From contig JASTWF010000418.1 in assembly GCA_030390025.1 (NCBI GenBank), forward strand, positions 124,001-188,000: a stretch of 64,000 bases of DNA, in the 5' to 3' direction. Below are positions 36,906 to 49,115 of this stretch, piece by piece. The first letter of the stretch is position 1. Each line of letters opens with the position of its first letter. Below the pieces are notes generated by a model that saw nothing but the letters and a program-made list of their open reading frames with translations, was not told the origin of the DNA and ran no database searches. A program made the translations under genes and the position numbers. Origin of the DNA: Squalus acanthias (lineage: Eukaryota).

Positions 36906-39265
36906 GTGTTGTGTAATGAGGAAGGACTAATCAGCAATCTTGTGGTACGAGGCCCCCTGGGGAAGAGTGACCATAGTATGGTGGAGTTCTACATTAGGAT
37001 GGAGAAGGAAACATTTAAGTCAGAGACCATGGTCCAGAACTTAAATAAGGGCAACTTTGAGGGTATGAGGCGTGAATTGGTGAGGTTAAATTGGCAAGCG
37101 ATATTTAAGGGGCTATCAGTGGAAGGGCAATGGCAGACATTTAGAGATCGCATGGATGAACTACAACAATTGTACATCCCGGTCTGGCGTAAAAATAAAA
37201 AAGGGAAGGTGGCTCAACCATGGCTAACAAGGGAAATCAGGGATAGTATTAAAACCAAGGAAGTTGCATACAAATTGGCCAGAAGTAGCAGCAAACCCGG
37301 GGACTGGGAGAACTTCAAAACTCAGCAGAGGAGGACGAAGGGTTTGATTAGGACAGGGAAAATAAAATATGAAAGGAAGCTTGCAGAGAACATTAAAATG
37401 GACTGCAAAAGCTTCTATAAATATGTAAAAGGAAAGAGGTTAGTAAAAACAAACGTAGGTCCCCTGCAGTCGGAAACAGGGGAAGACGTAATGGGGAACA
37501 AGGAAATGGCTGATCAATTGAACAAGTACTTTGGTTCGGTGTTTACTGTGGAGGACACACACAACCTGCCGGAAATAAAAGGGGTCAGAGGATCTGGTAA
37601 GAGGGAGGAGCTAAGGGAAATCCTTATTAGTCGGGAAAAGGTATTGGGAAAATTGATGGGACTGAAGGCTGAAAAATCCCCGGGGCCTGATGGTCTGCAT
37701 CCCAGAGTACTTAAGGAGGTGGCCTTGGAAATAGTGGATGCATTGACGATCATTTTCCAACATTCCTTAGACTCTGGATCAGTTCCGATGGAGTGGAGGG
37801 TGGCCAATGTAACCCCTCTTTTTAAAAAAGGAGGGAGGGAGAAAGCTGGGAATTATAGACCGGTCAGCCTGACATCGGTCGTGGGTAAAATGATGGAAGC
37901 AATTATTAAAGATGTCATAACAGACCAATTTGAAAGTGGCGACATGATAGGTCCAAGTCAGCATGGATTTGTGAAAGGGAAATCATGCTTGACAAATCTT
38001 CTGGAATTTTTTGAGGATGTTTCCAATAGGGTGGACAGGGGGGAACCAGTAGATGTGGTGTATTTGGACTTTCAGAAGGCCTTCGACAAGGTCCCACACA
38101 AGAGATTGGTGAGCAAAGTTAAAGCACATGGGATTGGGGGTAATGTGTTGACGTGGATTGAGAACTGGTTGGCACACAGGAAACAAAGAGTAGGAGTAAA
38201 TGGGTACTTTTCAGAATGGCAGGCAGTGACCAGCGGGGTACCGCAGGGTTCGGTGCTGGGACCCCAGCTGTTTACATTATATATTAATGATTTGGACGAA
38301 GGGATTAAATGTAATATCTCCAAATTTGCGGATGACACTAAATTGGGAGGCAGTGTGAACAATGAGGAGGATGCTAGGAGGCTACAGAGTGACTTGGACA
38401 GGTTGGGTGAATGGTCAAATGTATGGCAGATGAAGTACAATGTGGATAAATGTGAGGTTATCCACTTTGGTGGTAAAAATAGAGAGGCGGACTACTACCT
38501 GAATGGTGGCAGATTAGGGAAAGGGGAGGTGCAACGAGACCTGGGCGTCATGGTACATCAGTCACTGAAGGTGGGAATGCAAGTGCAGCAGGCAGTCAAG
38601 AAAGCAAACGGAATGATGGCCTTCATAGTAAGGGGATTTGAGTACAGGAGTAGGGAGGTGATGCTGCAGTTGTACAGGGCCTTGGTGAGGCCACACCTGG
38701 TGTATTGTGCGCAGTTTTGGTCTCCTAACTTAAGGAAGGACATTCTTGCTATTGAGGGAGTGCAGCGAAGGTTCACTAGATTGATTCCTGGGATGGCCGG
38801 TCTGACATATCAAGAAAGATTGGGTCAACTGAACTTGTATCCTCTGGAGTTCAGAAGAATGAGGGGGGATCTTATAGAGACATTTAAAATCCTGACTGGT
38901 TTAGACAAATTAGATGCGGGCAGAATGTTCCCAATGTTAGGGAAAACTAGAACCAGGGGTCACAGTCTAAGGATTAAGGGGAAGCAATTTAAGACTGAGC
39001 TGAGGAGGAACTTCTTCACCCAGAGAATGGTGAATCTATGGAATTCTCTTCCACAGAAGGTTGTTGAGGCCAGTTCGCTAAATATATTCAAAAGGGAGTT
39101 AGATATAACACTCACAACTAGGGGGATCAAGGGGTATGGCGAGAAAGCAGGAATGGGGTACTGAGCTAGCATGTTCAGCCATGAACGCATTGAATGGCGG
39201 TGCAGGCTCGAAGGACCGAATGGTCTACTCCAGTACCTAGTTTCTATGTTTCTATGTTTCTATGT
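36906..39265 (+). mobile_element. Young 5'-truncated CR1 LINE (ORF2 linker + RT, 752-aa open frame) in the C2-C3 intron
   Basis: [41 protein letters not shown] and a (TTCTATGT)n 3' tail. It splits a ~67-bp minisatellite. Confidence 0.95.
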
Positions 39266-39493
39266 ATCTAACCCCGTGCTGTACCTGCCCTGGGAGTGTT
39301 TGATGGGACAGTGTGGAGGGAGCTGTACTCTGTATCTAACCCCGTGCTGTACCTGCCCTGGGAGTGTTTGATGGGACAGTGTAGAGGGAGCTTTACTCTC
39401 TATCTAACCTGTGCTGTACCTGCCCTGGGAGTGTTTGATGGGACAGTGTGGAGGGAGCTGTACTCTCTATCTGAGGGATGAGGTGTATCTTAC

Positions 39494-39814
39494 CGTCATG
39501 TTTGCTGAGGGTCTGTGTCAGCGGAGTTGTTGAGGAAAGGTGTTTGACCAGACAGGTGAAGATTGATCCTGAATCCCATTCCCGGACAGGGACCTTTAAC
39601 GTGCTGCTGGAACTGTAGCTCCCATTCTCGTGTTGCGTTGTGTGGCCAGGCTCCGAGGAGAAGGATGTCTGGCGGTTATTGATGAGCCAGGTGAAGGAGA
39701 TCTTCCTGGGGTGAAATCCGACTGCCTGACACCCCAATGTGGCCGTCCTGTTAGTGTCCATTTCATCGTAGGTGGGGGGTAGGACGTAGACGCTGGGAAC
39801 CGTAGGGTATCGGG
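39494..39814 (-). CDS. Copy B exon 4: C1-set domain C2
   Basis: 321 nt, ctccAG / GTAAGA. PSVYVLPP, CQAVGFHPRKISFTW, NGSYSSSSTL, W-DSG, FTCLVKH. Confidence 0.93.
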
Positions 39815-42644
39815 CTGGAGATCCACCGGAGAGACAACGGAATGAAGGCATTAGTGGGCGGTGAGAGATCAGGCCCACCTTGGAGCCCCCCAGTTAATCG
39901 CCCCCCAGTTAATCGCCCCCCCAGACTGGGGGGACAGCGAGATCAGCCCCTCACTCAGAGCCCCCCAGTTAATCACCCCCCAGACTGGGGGGAACAGTGA
40001 GATCAGCCCCTCACTCGGTGCCCCCCAGTTAATCGCCCCCAGACTGGGGTGAACAGCGAGATCAGCCCCTCACTCAGAGACCCCCAGTTTACCGGCCCCC
40101 CAGTTAATCGCCCCCCAGACTGGGGGGGAAGAGCGAGAGGAGCCTGTAGGATATAGTGTACCTGTAGGATTTAGTAAACATTGTTAAGATTTTGTAACCA
40201 TTATTAAGTAAGTATAATATGTGAAATTGTATGTTAAAAACCTAAAACGCCTGTATAAAATGGCTGGGAAGCAAAGCATGATGGTAAAATTAAGCCAACA
40301 TTATGTTAACTGGGAGAATAGTGCTGAGTTGGTGTAGATTTTCTGTTATATTAAAAACAAGAAGCCAGTGAAGGACAAAGCATTAATTAAGTCTCAAAGT
40401 AAGACAAAGGGGTAGAAATTAGGTCACGCCCCATTTGGGGTGCAAATATCGTCTGGACGCAAATATTAGCGCCTGGCGCTAATTATCGGCACTGACTGGA
40501 AACTTCACTTTTACCGCCCCGGGAGGTGAGTGGAGCGCTAAATCAGGCGCTGCACACCTGTCTTAAGGCGCAAAGGCCAAGGAGTGAGGCGCTACCTCAG
40601 AGCGCTGGCGAAGCTCATGTAATGTCAGTCAGCAATGGAACACACACACAATGGCACGGGCCAGTTCTTAAAGGGGATGGTTAATCTTGCTTTCCATCCA
40701 CATCCTGTTCATTGCAGCCTTTAATCTCGGCCTGGAGAGACTGGCACATCAAATGTGCTGGAAAGAACAATGGAGAGTACCAGGCAAAGAGCTCAGAGTG
40801 CAGCTCCCACAATCTCTGCTAAATCGATACAAGGAATGGCAAATCAAAATGAACCTGCAAAGTGCTGCTCAGTACCCAAAACTCCTTCACACAACGTTGA
40901 ATCTCTCCAGAAGTCTCTCCCTCTCTCTCTCAGAATGCGTAGTTCAAAAATGCCACCAACAATAAAAGACAGGAAGAGGCCCCCTTTAAATAGCGCCCCC
41001 CCCAGCCCCACAGCGATTGATAGCGTTCCAGTCTTCTGGTCGTTGGATGCGCCAGGCGGTAAGGCAGGGGGCGCCACTCAATTTCCGCTCCGGGGCGCCA
41101 CAAGGGCGTTGCACCATGGAATGACGTCACAATCTGCGCGCGCAGGTGGTCGCAGCGGTAAAGTTTAGCGCCGCCGCACAATCTCTAGTTAAGTTCCCGA
41201 GCGGCGCAAACATCGCTGCGCCCGGGCGTTAGCGGCTTTGCGCCCCATTAGCGCCCTCTTAAGGCGCTAACGGGAGGCGCAACCAACTGAATTTTTACCC
41301 CAAAGGGTTTTCAATACCGAACATCCCTCATCGCTGAAGTTTCAGACCAGTCTAGATAATGGGCTGTGGGAAAGGCAAAAGACCTCCGTCTTAATTCATG
41401 GGAAGTCCGGCTATGTGCAAGATCTCAAACTCAAAGTTCACAGCAGAATAGGGGAGGGAATCATAGACCGTACTTGTGAAGGTCAGCATGGTGAGATAGC
41501 CCAAGCAGCTGCCAGTTGCTATGTATTTTGAAAGGGAAAAAAAAGGTATAAAGGAACAGCTATTGAACACTGAAAGCAGTGCGAAACCAGAGGTCGAGAA
41601 GCTTCAGTCAACAGAACACAGCAAGAGAATAAAGAGACCGCGCCGCAGTCACTCGGAAGGAACGCCAGGGTTCAATGAACAGACGGCGACTATCTTCTTG
41701 TTAAGTATTACTTCTTTATACTGGATGTTTAATGTTTAATAAACCTGTTTTACTGATACACAATATACCTGGACCCAGAGTGGTTTGTGTCATAGAAACA
41801 CGGACAAATTAATTCAGAGCTTTAAAAGCTACAAGACCCACCTCAGAGCCCCCCAGTTAATCACCCCCCAGACTGGGGGGAAGAGCGAGATCAGCCCCTC
41901 ACTCAGAGCCCCCCAGTTAATCGCCCCCCAAACTGGGGGAAACAGCGAGATCAGCCCCTCAGTCAGAGCCTCCCAGTTAATCACCCCCCAGACTGGGGGG
42001 AACAGTGAGATCAACCCCTCACTCAGAGCCCCCCAGTTAATCGCCGCCCAGACTGGGGGGAAGAGCGAGATCAGCCCCTCACTCGGAGCCCCCCAGTTAA
42101 TCGCCCCCCAAACTGGGGGAAACAGCGAGATCAGCCCCTCACTCAGAGCCTCCCAGTTAATCACCCCCCAGACTGGGGGGAAGAGTGAGATCAACCCCTC
42201 ACTCAGAGCCCCCCAGTTAATCAGACCCCAGACTGGGGGGAAGAGCGAGATCAGCCCCTCACTCGGAGCCCCGCAGTTTACCGGCCCCCCAGATTGGGGG
42301 GAACAGCGTTGGGGGGGTTTCTGACGTCTGGGTTGTGATTCCGCGGGGGCTCATTAACGACAATCGCGGGAACCCGCTGGATTGAAATGGGGGGGGTGGG
42401 GGGGGGGCCGGGGAGGAGCGCCCCTCGCGATCTGTTCCCCGGGTCACAAACCTCCCCTCCCCTCCCCCGGTGACTGGGAGCCAAGCCCAGGGGTTAACCC
42501 ACTAAACCTTCAACCCCCAACTCTCTAATCCCAGCACAAATCTCCACCTCAATCCCCCAGCCCAATTCAACCTCCCTAACCCCCGAACCCTCGCTGCCCC
42601 CCCGCCCCCCCCCCCCAACAACCCCCAGCAGTCCAGACACTCAC

Positions 42645-42962
42645 CTCTGGTCCTGATCTCCTTGACGATGGGTTGGGTCAGCGTCTGGTGTGAGACGACA
42701 CACTGGTACTTGTCCACATCCACCCAGTCTCGACCCCTGACCTCCAGCTGACTGACGGTGGTGTACCGATCCGCGGGGTCTCGGGACAGAGGCTGCTCGG
42801 TGATTCCCGACCTCACTCGTCTTCCGTCCGAGAACCAGGAGATCCGCACACTGGGGGGGTAGAATCCGCTGACTAGGCAGAGCAGGGGGGTGAAACCGTT
42901 CTCCGATATCTCCCCCGGGGGCGGGTAATGAAGCTGGACCGAGGGAGGAGAGGACGATGGCA
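42645..42962 (-). CDS. Copy B exon 3: C1-set domain C1
   Basis: 318 nt, phase 1-1, ttgttccAG / GTGAGT. PPSVQLHYPP, CLVSGFYPPSVRISW, YQCVVSH. Confidence 0.93.
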
Positions 42963-44461
42963 CTGGAACAAGAATCAAGGGGTCAGTCACTGGCCCGAGT
43001 GTCTCTGGCCCAGAATCGAGGGGTCAGTCACTGACCTCAGTGTGTCTGGCCCAGAATCGAGGGGTCAATCACTGACCTCAGTGTGTCTGGTACAGAATCG
43101 AGGGGTCATTCTCTGACCTCTGATCTCACAATCACATATATCACAAGAACAGTGTGCGTGACTAGAGGTCTATAAAGATCGTGAGCTTTTCTTTTAGCAG
43201 AGAGGGACAAGGACGAAAGGTTCGACGATGGTTAGGTCTCTACCCACAGGATAAACGGGGTTAATTGTGTTTACTTCTCTGCTTGGTTGAGCACATTAAA
43301 AGGTTTAAGTTGAAACCATATTTGGCATCAGATTCGAATTCTCTGACACAGGGCAATGGGACTAAGGAGGGAGCTCGGTCAGAGAGAGGGCACGGGGGCG
43401 ATGGGCTAAATTTCCTCGTCTGCTGTAAAATTCTCTCACTTTATGATCCTTGAGTCACAGATATAAACAACAAACTCTAGGATACTTGGAATTCCCACTA
43501 CAGGTTCTTCCCCTGTGGGACTCCTCACTCCCAAAACTGTTCGAATCTTCACCCTGAAACTGTGGGGACTCCTTGACCTCAAAACTGTAGGATTCTTCAC
43601 CCCCCAAACTGTGGGACTCTTCTTCCCCAAACTGTGGGACTCTTCATCCCCCAAACTGTGGGACTCCTCTACCATAAGACTGTAGGATTCTTCACCTCCA
43701 AATTGTGGGACTCCTCATCTCCGAAACTCTGGTACTCCTCACCTCCCAAACTCTGAGACTCCTCACCTTCAAACCAATGGAATCCTCATCTCCAATTATT
43801 GGGACTCCTCACTCCCAAAATTATTGGTTCTCTCACCTCAAAAGTGTCGGTCTCCATGACCACCAAACTGTTCAACTCTTCACCCCCAAACTGTGAGTCT
43901 CCTCACCCCCAAAACTCTGGGACTCCTTACCCCCAAACTGTGGGACACCTTCCTTCCAAACTCTGGGACTCCTTACCCACAAACTGTGGGACTCCTCACC
44001 CCCAAACTGTGGGACTCCTCACCCCCCAAACTCTGGGATGCGGCACCCCCAAAACCCTGGGACTCCTCACCACCAAATTGTGGGACTCCTCACTTCCAAA
44101 CTTTGGGACTCCTCAACCCCGCAAACTGTGGGGACTCCTCACCACCAAACTGTAGGACTCCTCAACACCAAACTGTGGGACTGCTCACTTCCAACCTCTG
44201 GGAGTCCTCGCCCCCAAACTGTGCTACCTTTCACCCCCAAACTGTTGGACTCCTCACCCCCAAATTCTGTGACCCCTCATCTCTCTAAATTGTCCCTTTG
44301 TCCTAAAATCAGCTGGTCTTGGCGTAACTCCAAACCACCGTTCCCTGAACTGCCTCATCTGATGTCCTCCACCCTCCAAGCTTGGCTGTGGGCCATCGAC
44401 TGCCCGTTCCCATTTCCACCCCTCCCTTGCCCCCAAACGGGTTTCGGACGAGCTCCCCTAC

Positions 44462-44842
44462 CGGCCTCGACCTTCAGTGTAGATCCACAGCCGCACCAAT
44501 CTGTCGCATTCTTGTCTCCCAGGTGGTCAGCCATTTGGCAGAAGTACCTGGTGGAATCTTGCTGCGTGGCATTAGCGATCCGCAGAGACATCTGCTTTCG
44601 GCCAAAGTTCTTCTCGGCCACGTAACGGTGAGCTTTCCCAGCCACGAAGATGGGGACCTGTGACTTGGGGCTCCAGTACACCAGCTGCTTCATGGCCCCA
44701 GTGCCAGGGGGGACGTAACCCCAGATCAAGTACCGGTCGTCTGTCTTGCGGGAGAATCGGCACTCCATCGTGACCGACTCGCCCTCCCGGACGCTCATTA
44801 ATGTGGACGAGAATCGGAAGTTCCCACCGCAGGAGGTGAGCC
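44462..44842 (-). CDS. Copy B exon 2: complete V-set domain with germline-joined J-like strand
   Basis: Acceptor tctctctattttcAG, 381 nt, donor G|GTAGGG. Motifs: VTMEC (B-strand Cys), LIW, SLRI, DSTRYFC, then WCGCGSTLKVE (G-x-G-S/T-x-L-x-V). Confidence 0.93.
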
Positions 44843-47800
44843 CTGAAAATAGAGAGAGAGACACAACTCGTGAATCCTCCCACCAAAGATAACTCAGGAA
44901 ATGGAGGACGGTCGCAGCTAAGGCTGCACTTTGACATTGGTCAAGGTAAAGCTTGGTACAGAACCTTGGTTAGACCACACTTGGAGCAATGTGCCCAGTC
45001 CCGGTCTCCATATACCTTGGATAGACCACACTTGGAGCACTGTGCACAGTCCCGGTCTCCACATACCTTGGATAGACCACACTTGGAGCACTGTGCACAG
45101 TCCCGGTCTCCACATACCTTGGTTAGACCACACTTGGAGCAATGTGCCCAGTCCCGGTCTCCATATACCTTGGATAGACCACACTTGGAGCAATGTGCCC
45201 AGTCCCGGTCTCCACATACCTTGGATAGACCACACTTGGAGCAATGTGCCCAGTCCCGGTCTCCACATACCTTGGATAGACCACACTTGGAGCACTGTGC
45301 ACAGTCCCGGTCTCCATATACCTTGGATAGATCACACTTGGAGCAATGTGCACAGTCCCGGTCTCCATATACCTTGGATAGACCACACTTGGAGCACTGT
45401 GCACAGTCCCGGTCTCCACATACCTTGGATAGACCACACTTGGAGCACTGTGCACAGTCCCGGTCTCCACATACCTTGGATAGACCACACTTGGAGCACT
45501 GCACACAGTCCCGGTCTCCACATACCTTGGATAGACCACACTTGGAGCACTGTGCACAGTCCCGGTCTCCACATACCTTGGATAGACCACACTTGGAGCA
45601 CTGTTCACAGTTATGGTTTCCATATACCTTGGTTAGACCACACTTGGAGCAATGTGCCCAGTCCCGGTCTCCATATACCTTGGATAGATCACACTTGGAG
45701 CACTGTGCACAGTCCCGGTCTCCACATACCTTGGATAGACCACACTTGGAGCACTGTTCACAGTTATGGTTTCCATATACCTTGGTTAGACCACACTTGG
45801 AGCAATGTGCCCAGTCCCGGTCTCCACATACCTTGGATAGACCACACTTGGAGCAATGTGCACAGTCCTGGTCTCCATATACCTTGGTTAGACCACACTT
45901 GGGGCAATGTGCATAGTCCCGGTCTCCATATACCTTGGTTAGACCACACTTGGAGCACTGTGCACAGTTCTGGTCTCCACATCCCTTACTTAGACCACAC
46001 TTGGAGCACTGTGCACAGTTCTGGTCTCCACATCCCTTAGTTAGACCACACTTGGAGCACTGTGCACAGTTCTGGTCTCCACATCCCTTACTTAGACCAC
46101 ACTTGGAGCACTGTGCACAGTTCTGGTCTCCACATCCCTTAGTTAGACCACGCTTGGGGCACTGTGCACAATTCTGGTCTCCACATACCTTGGTTAGACC
46201 ACGCTTGGAACTCCGTGCACAGTTCTGGTCTCCACATCCCTTAGTTAGACCACGCTTGGAGCACTGTGCACAGTTATGCTCTCCATATACCTTGGTTAGA
46301 CCACACTTGGAGCACTGTGCACAGTTCTGCTCTCCATATACCTTGGTTAGACCACACTTGGAGCAATGTGCACAGTTCTGCTCTCCATATACCTTAGTTC
46401 GACCACACTTGGAGCGCTGTGCACAGTTCTGGTCTCAATATGCATTGGTTAGACCACACTTGGAGCACTGTGCACAGTTAAGGTCTCCATTTAAAAAAAT
46501 ATATATTTTATTCGTTTATGGGATCTGGGCGTCGCTGGCAAGGCCAGCATTTATTGTCCATCCCTAGTTGCCCTTGAGAAGGTGGTGGTGACTCAATTTC
46601 TTGAACCGTTGCAGTCCGTGTGGTGATGGTACTCCCACAGTGCTGTCAGGGAGGGAGTTCCAGGATTTTGACACAGCGACGATAAAGGATCGGCTGATAT
46701 ACTTCTAAGTCAGGATGGTGTGTGACTTGGAGGGGAACTTGGAGGTGGTGGTGTTCCCATGTGCCTGCTGCCCTTATCCTTCTCGGTGGAAGAGGTCGCG
46801 GGTTTGGGAGGTGCTGCTGAAGAAGTCTTGGCGAGTTGCTGCAGTGCATCTTGTAGATGATACACACTGCAGCCACGGTACGCCGGTGGCGGAGGGAGTG
46901 AATGTTTAAGGTGGTGGATGGGGTGCCAATCAAGCGGGCTGCTTTGTCCTGGATGGTGTCGAGCTTCTTGAGTGTTATTGGAGCTGCAACTCATCCAGGC
47001 AAGTGGAGAGTATTCCATCACACTCCTGACTTGTGCCTTGTAGATGGTGGAAAGGCTTTGGGGAGTCAGGAGGTGAGACACTTGCCACAGAATACCCAGC
47101 CTCTGACCTGCTCTTGGTGCCACAGTATTTATGTGGCTGGTCCAGTTAAGTTTCTGGTTAATGTTGACCCCCAGGATGTTGATGGTGGGGAATTCGGCGA
47201 CGGTAATGCCATTGAATGTCAAGGGGAGGTGGTTAGATTCTCGCTTGTTGGAGATAGTCATTGCCTGGCACTTCTGTGGCGCAAATGTTACCTGCCACTT
47301 ATCAGCCCAAGCCTGAACGTCGTCCAGGTCTTGTTGCATGCGGGCATGGACTGCTTCATTATCTGTGGAGTTGTGAATGGCGCTGAACACTGTGCAGTCA
47401 TCAGCGAACATCCCCATTTCTGAACCTTATGTTGGAGGGAAGGTCATTGATGAAGCAGCTGAAGATGGTTGGGCCGAGAACACTCCCCTGAGGAACTCCT
47501 GCAGTGATGTTCTGGGGCTGTGATGATTGACCTTCAAACACCACAACCATCTTCCTTTGTGCTAGGTATGACTCCAGCCAGTGGGGTAGACCACACTTGG
47601 AGCTAGTTCTGGTCTCCACATCCCTTGGTTAGACCACACTTGGAGCAATGTGCACAGTTCTGCTCTCCATATAACTTGGTTAGACCACACTTGGAGCACT
47701 GTGCACAGTTCTGTTCTCCATATACCTTGGTTAGACCACACTTGGAGCACTGTGCACAGTTCTGTTCTCCATATACCTTGGTTAGACCACACTTGGAACA

Positions 47801-48812
47801 ATGTGCACAGTTCTGCTCTCTATATAACTTGGTTAGACCACACTTGGAACAATGTGCACAGTTCTGCTCTCCATATAACTTGTTTAGACCACACTTGGAG
47901 CACTGTGCACAGTTCTGTTCTCCATATATCTTGGTTAGACCACACTTGGAGCACTGTGCACAGTTCTGTTCTCCATATACCTTGGTTAGACCACACTTGG
48001 AGCAATGTGCACAGTTCTGGCCTCCATATTACAAAAAAATACAGCGAGGCATTGAAGAAGGTGCAATAAAAATTTACAAGGATGATGCCAGAACTGAGAG
48101 GATATACTTATCAGGAAAGACTGAACAGGCTAGGGCTCTTTTCTCTAGAAAAAGAGAAGGCTGATAGAGGTCTTTCAAATTATGAAACGGTTTGATAGGG
48201 TAAACAGAGACAAAATGTTTCCACTTGCAGAGGAGACCAGAACTAGTTGACATCAATATATGATAGTCACTAAGACGATTGACAAAAGAACTAGAGGCAA
48301 CCTGAGGAAAAGCTTCAATACGCAGCGAGTAATTAGGATCGGGAATGCACTGCTTAATGGGGCGATGGATACAGACTCAATAGTGGCCTTCAAAAGGGAA
48401 TTGGATAAATACTTGAAGGAGAAAACATTGCAGGGATCTGGGGAATGAGCGGGGAGAATGGGACTAACTGGGTTGCTCTTAGAAAGAGCTGATGCAGACT
48501 CGATGGGCTGAATGGCCTCCTTCTGTGCTGTACTATTCTACGATTCTAATAAATTGAAGAAGGAATTCAGGAGAAACTTCTTTACCCAGGGAGTGCTGAG
48601 AATGTGGAACTCGCTACCACAGGGAGTGGTTGAGGCGAATATCACAGAGGTCTGTAAGGGGAGGCTAGATAAAGACATGAGGGAGAAAGGAATAGCAGCT
48701 TATGCTGGTAGGGTGAGATGAAGAGGGGAGGGAGAAGGCAGCATGGAGCAGTTGGGCCGAATGGCCTTTTCCTGCTCGATAAACTCAATGTAATTCTCGA
48801 TGCAAACCTTAC

Positions 48813-48858
48813 CAGCCAGGAGGAAGATGTGGACAGAGAGTGAAATCACCGACTTCAT
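48813..48858 (-). CDS. Copy B exon 1: signal peptide (MKSVISLSVHIFLLA-G) of a non-rearranging V-C1 Ig-superfamily receptor
   Basis: ATG at 48858, 15 mostly hydrophobic codons plus 1 nt, then donor G|GTAAGG. This is the phase-1 split leader typical of Ig/TCR genes and it is in frame with the V exon. Confidence 0.85.
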
Positions 48859-48959
48859 GTTGGGAGGAGAGCTGACACGACACATCCTTCTCAACGGCTG
48901 GAGTCCAATCTTCTGGTCCTCGCACACACCCCCTTTCAGAGCGAGTCAGCCTCTGTCCT

Positions 48960-49115
48960 TCCTCTCCATTCATTGGTCACCAGTCCCGGACACAGTTTCC
49001 TGTGTGTGATTGACAGGCTGAGGGACTTCCCTCATTAGACAGAGGTGGTGAGGCTGGAGACTGAGGCTGGGCACAGCGGAGGGCACTGGGCAGCGAGAGC
49101 GGACCCTGCCCTCCC
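48960..49115 (-). promoter_or_regulatory. Putative proximal promoter of copy B
   Basis: Unique sequence about 100-250 nt upstream of the ATG. Contains CCAAT, an ETS-type ACAGGAAA and a kB-type GGGACTTCCC (49022-49031). No TATA box or octamer seen. Confidence 0.5.

Noticed and set aside
36906-39164. Autonomous full-length LINE
   Set aside because: It is 5'-truncated, with no ORF1 and most of the endonuclease domain missing. The same applies to 35217-36614 and 55492-57760.
23271-48858. Calling the gene IgW, IgNAR or IgM and giving it a symbol
   Set aside because: The V lacks recognisable VH or VNAR framework signatures, there is no RSS/D/J, and the cytoplasmic tail is long. Orthology cannot be established without a search.
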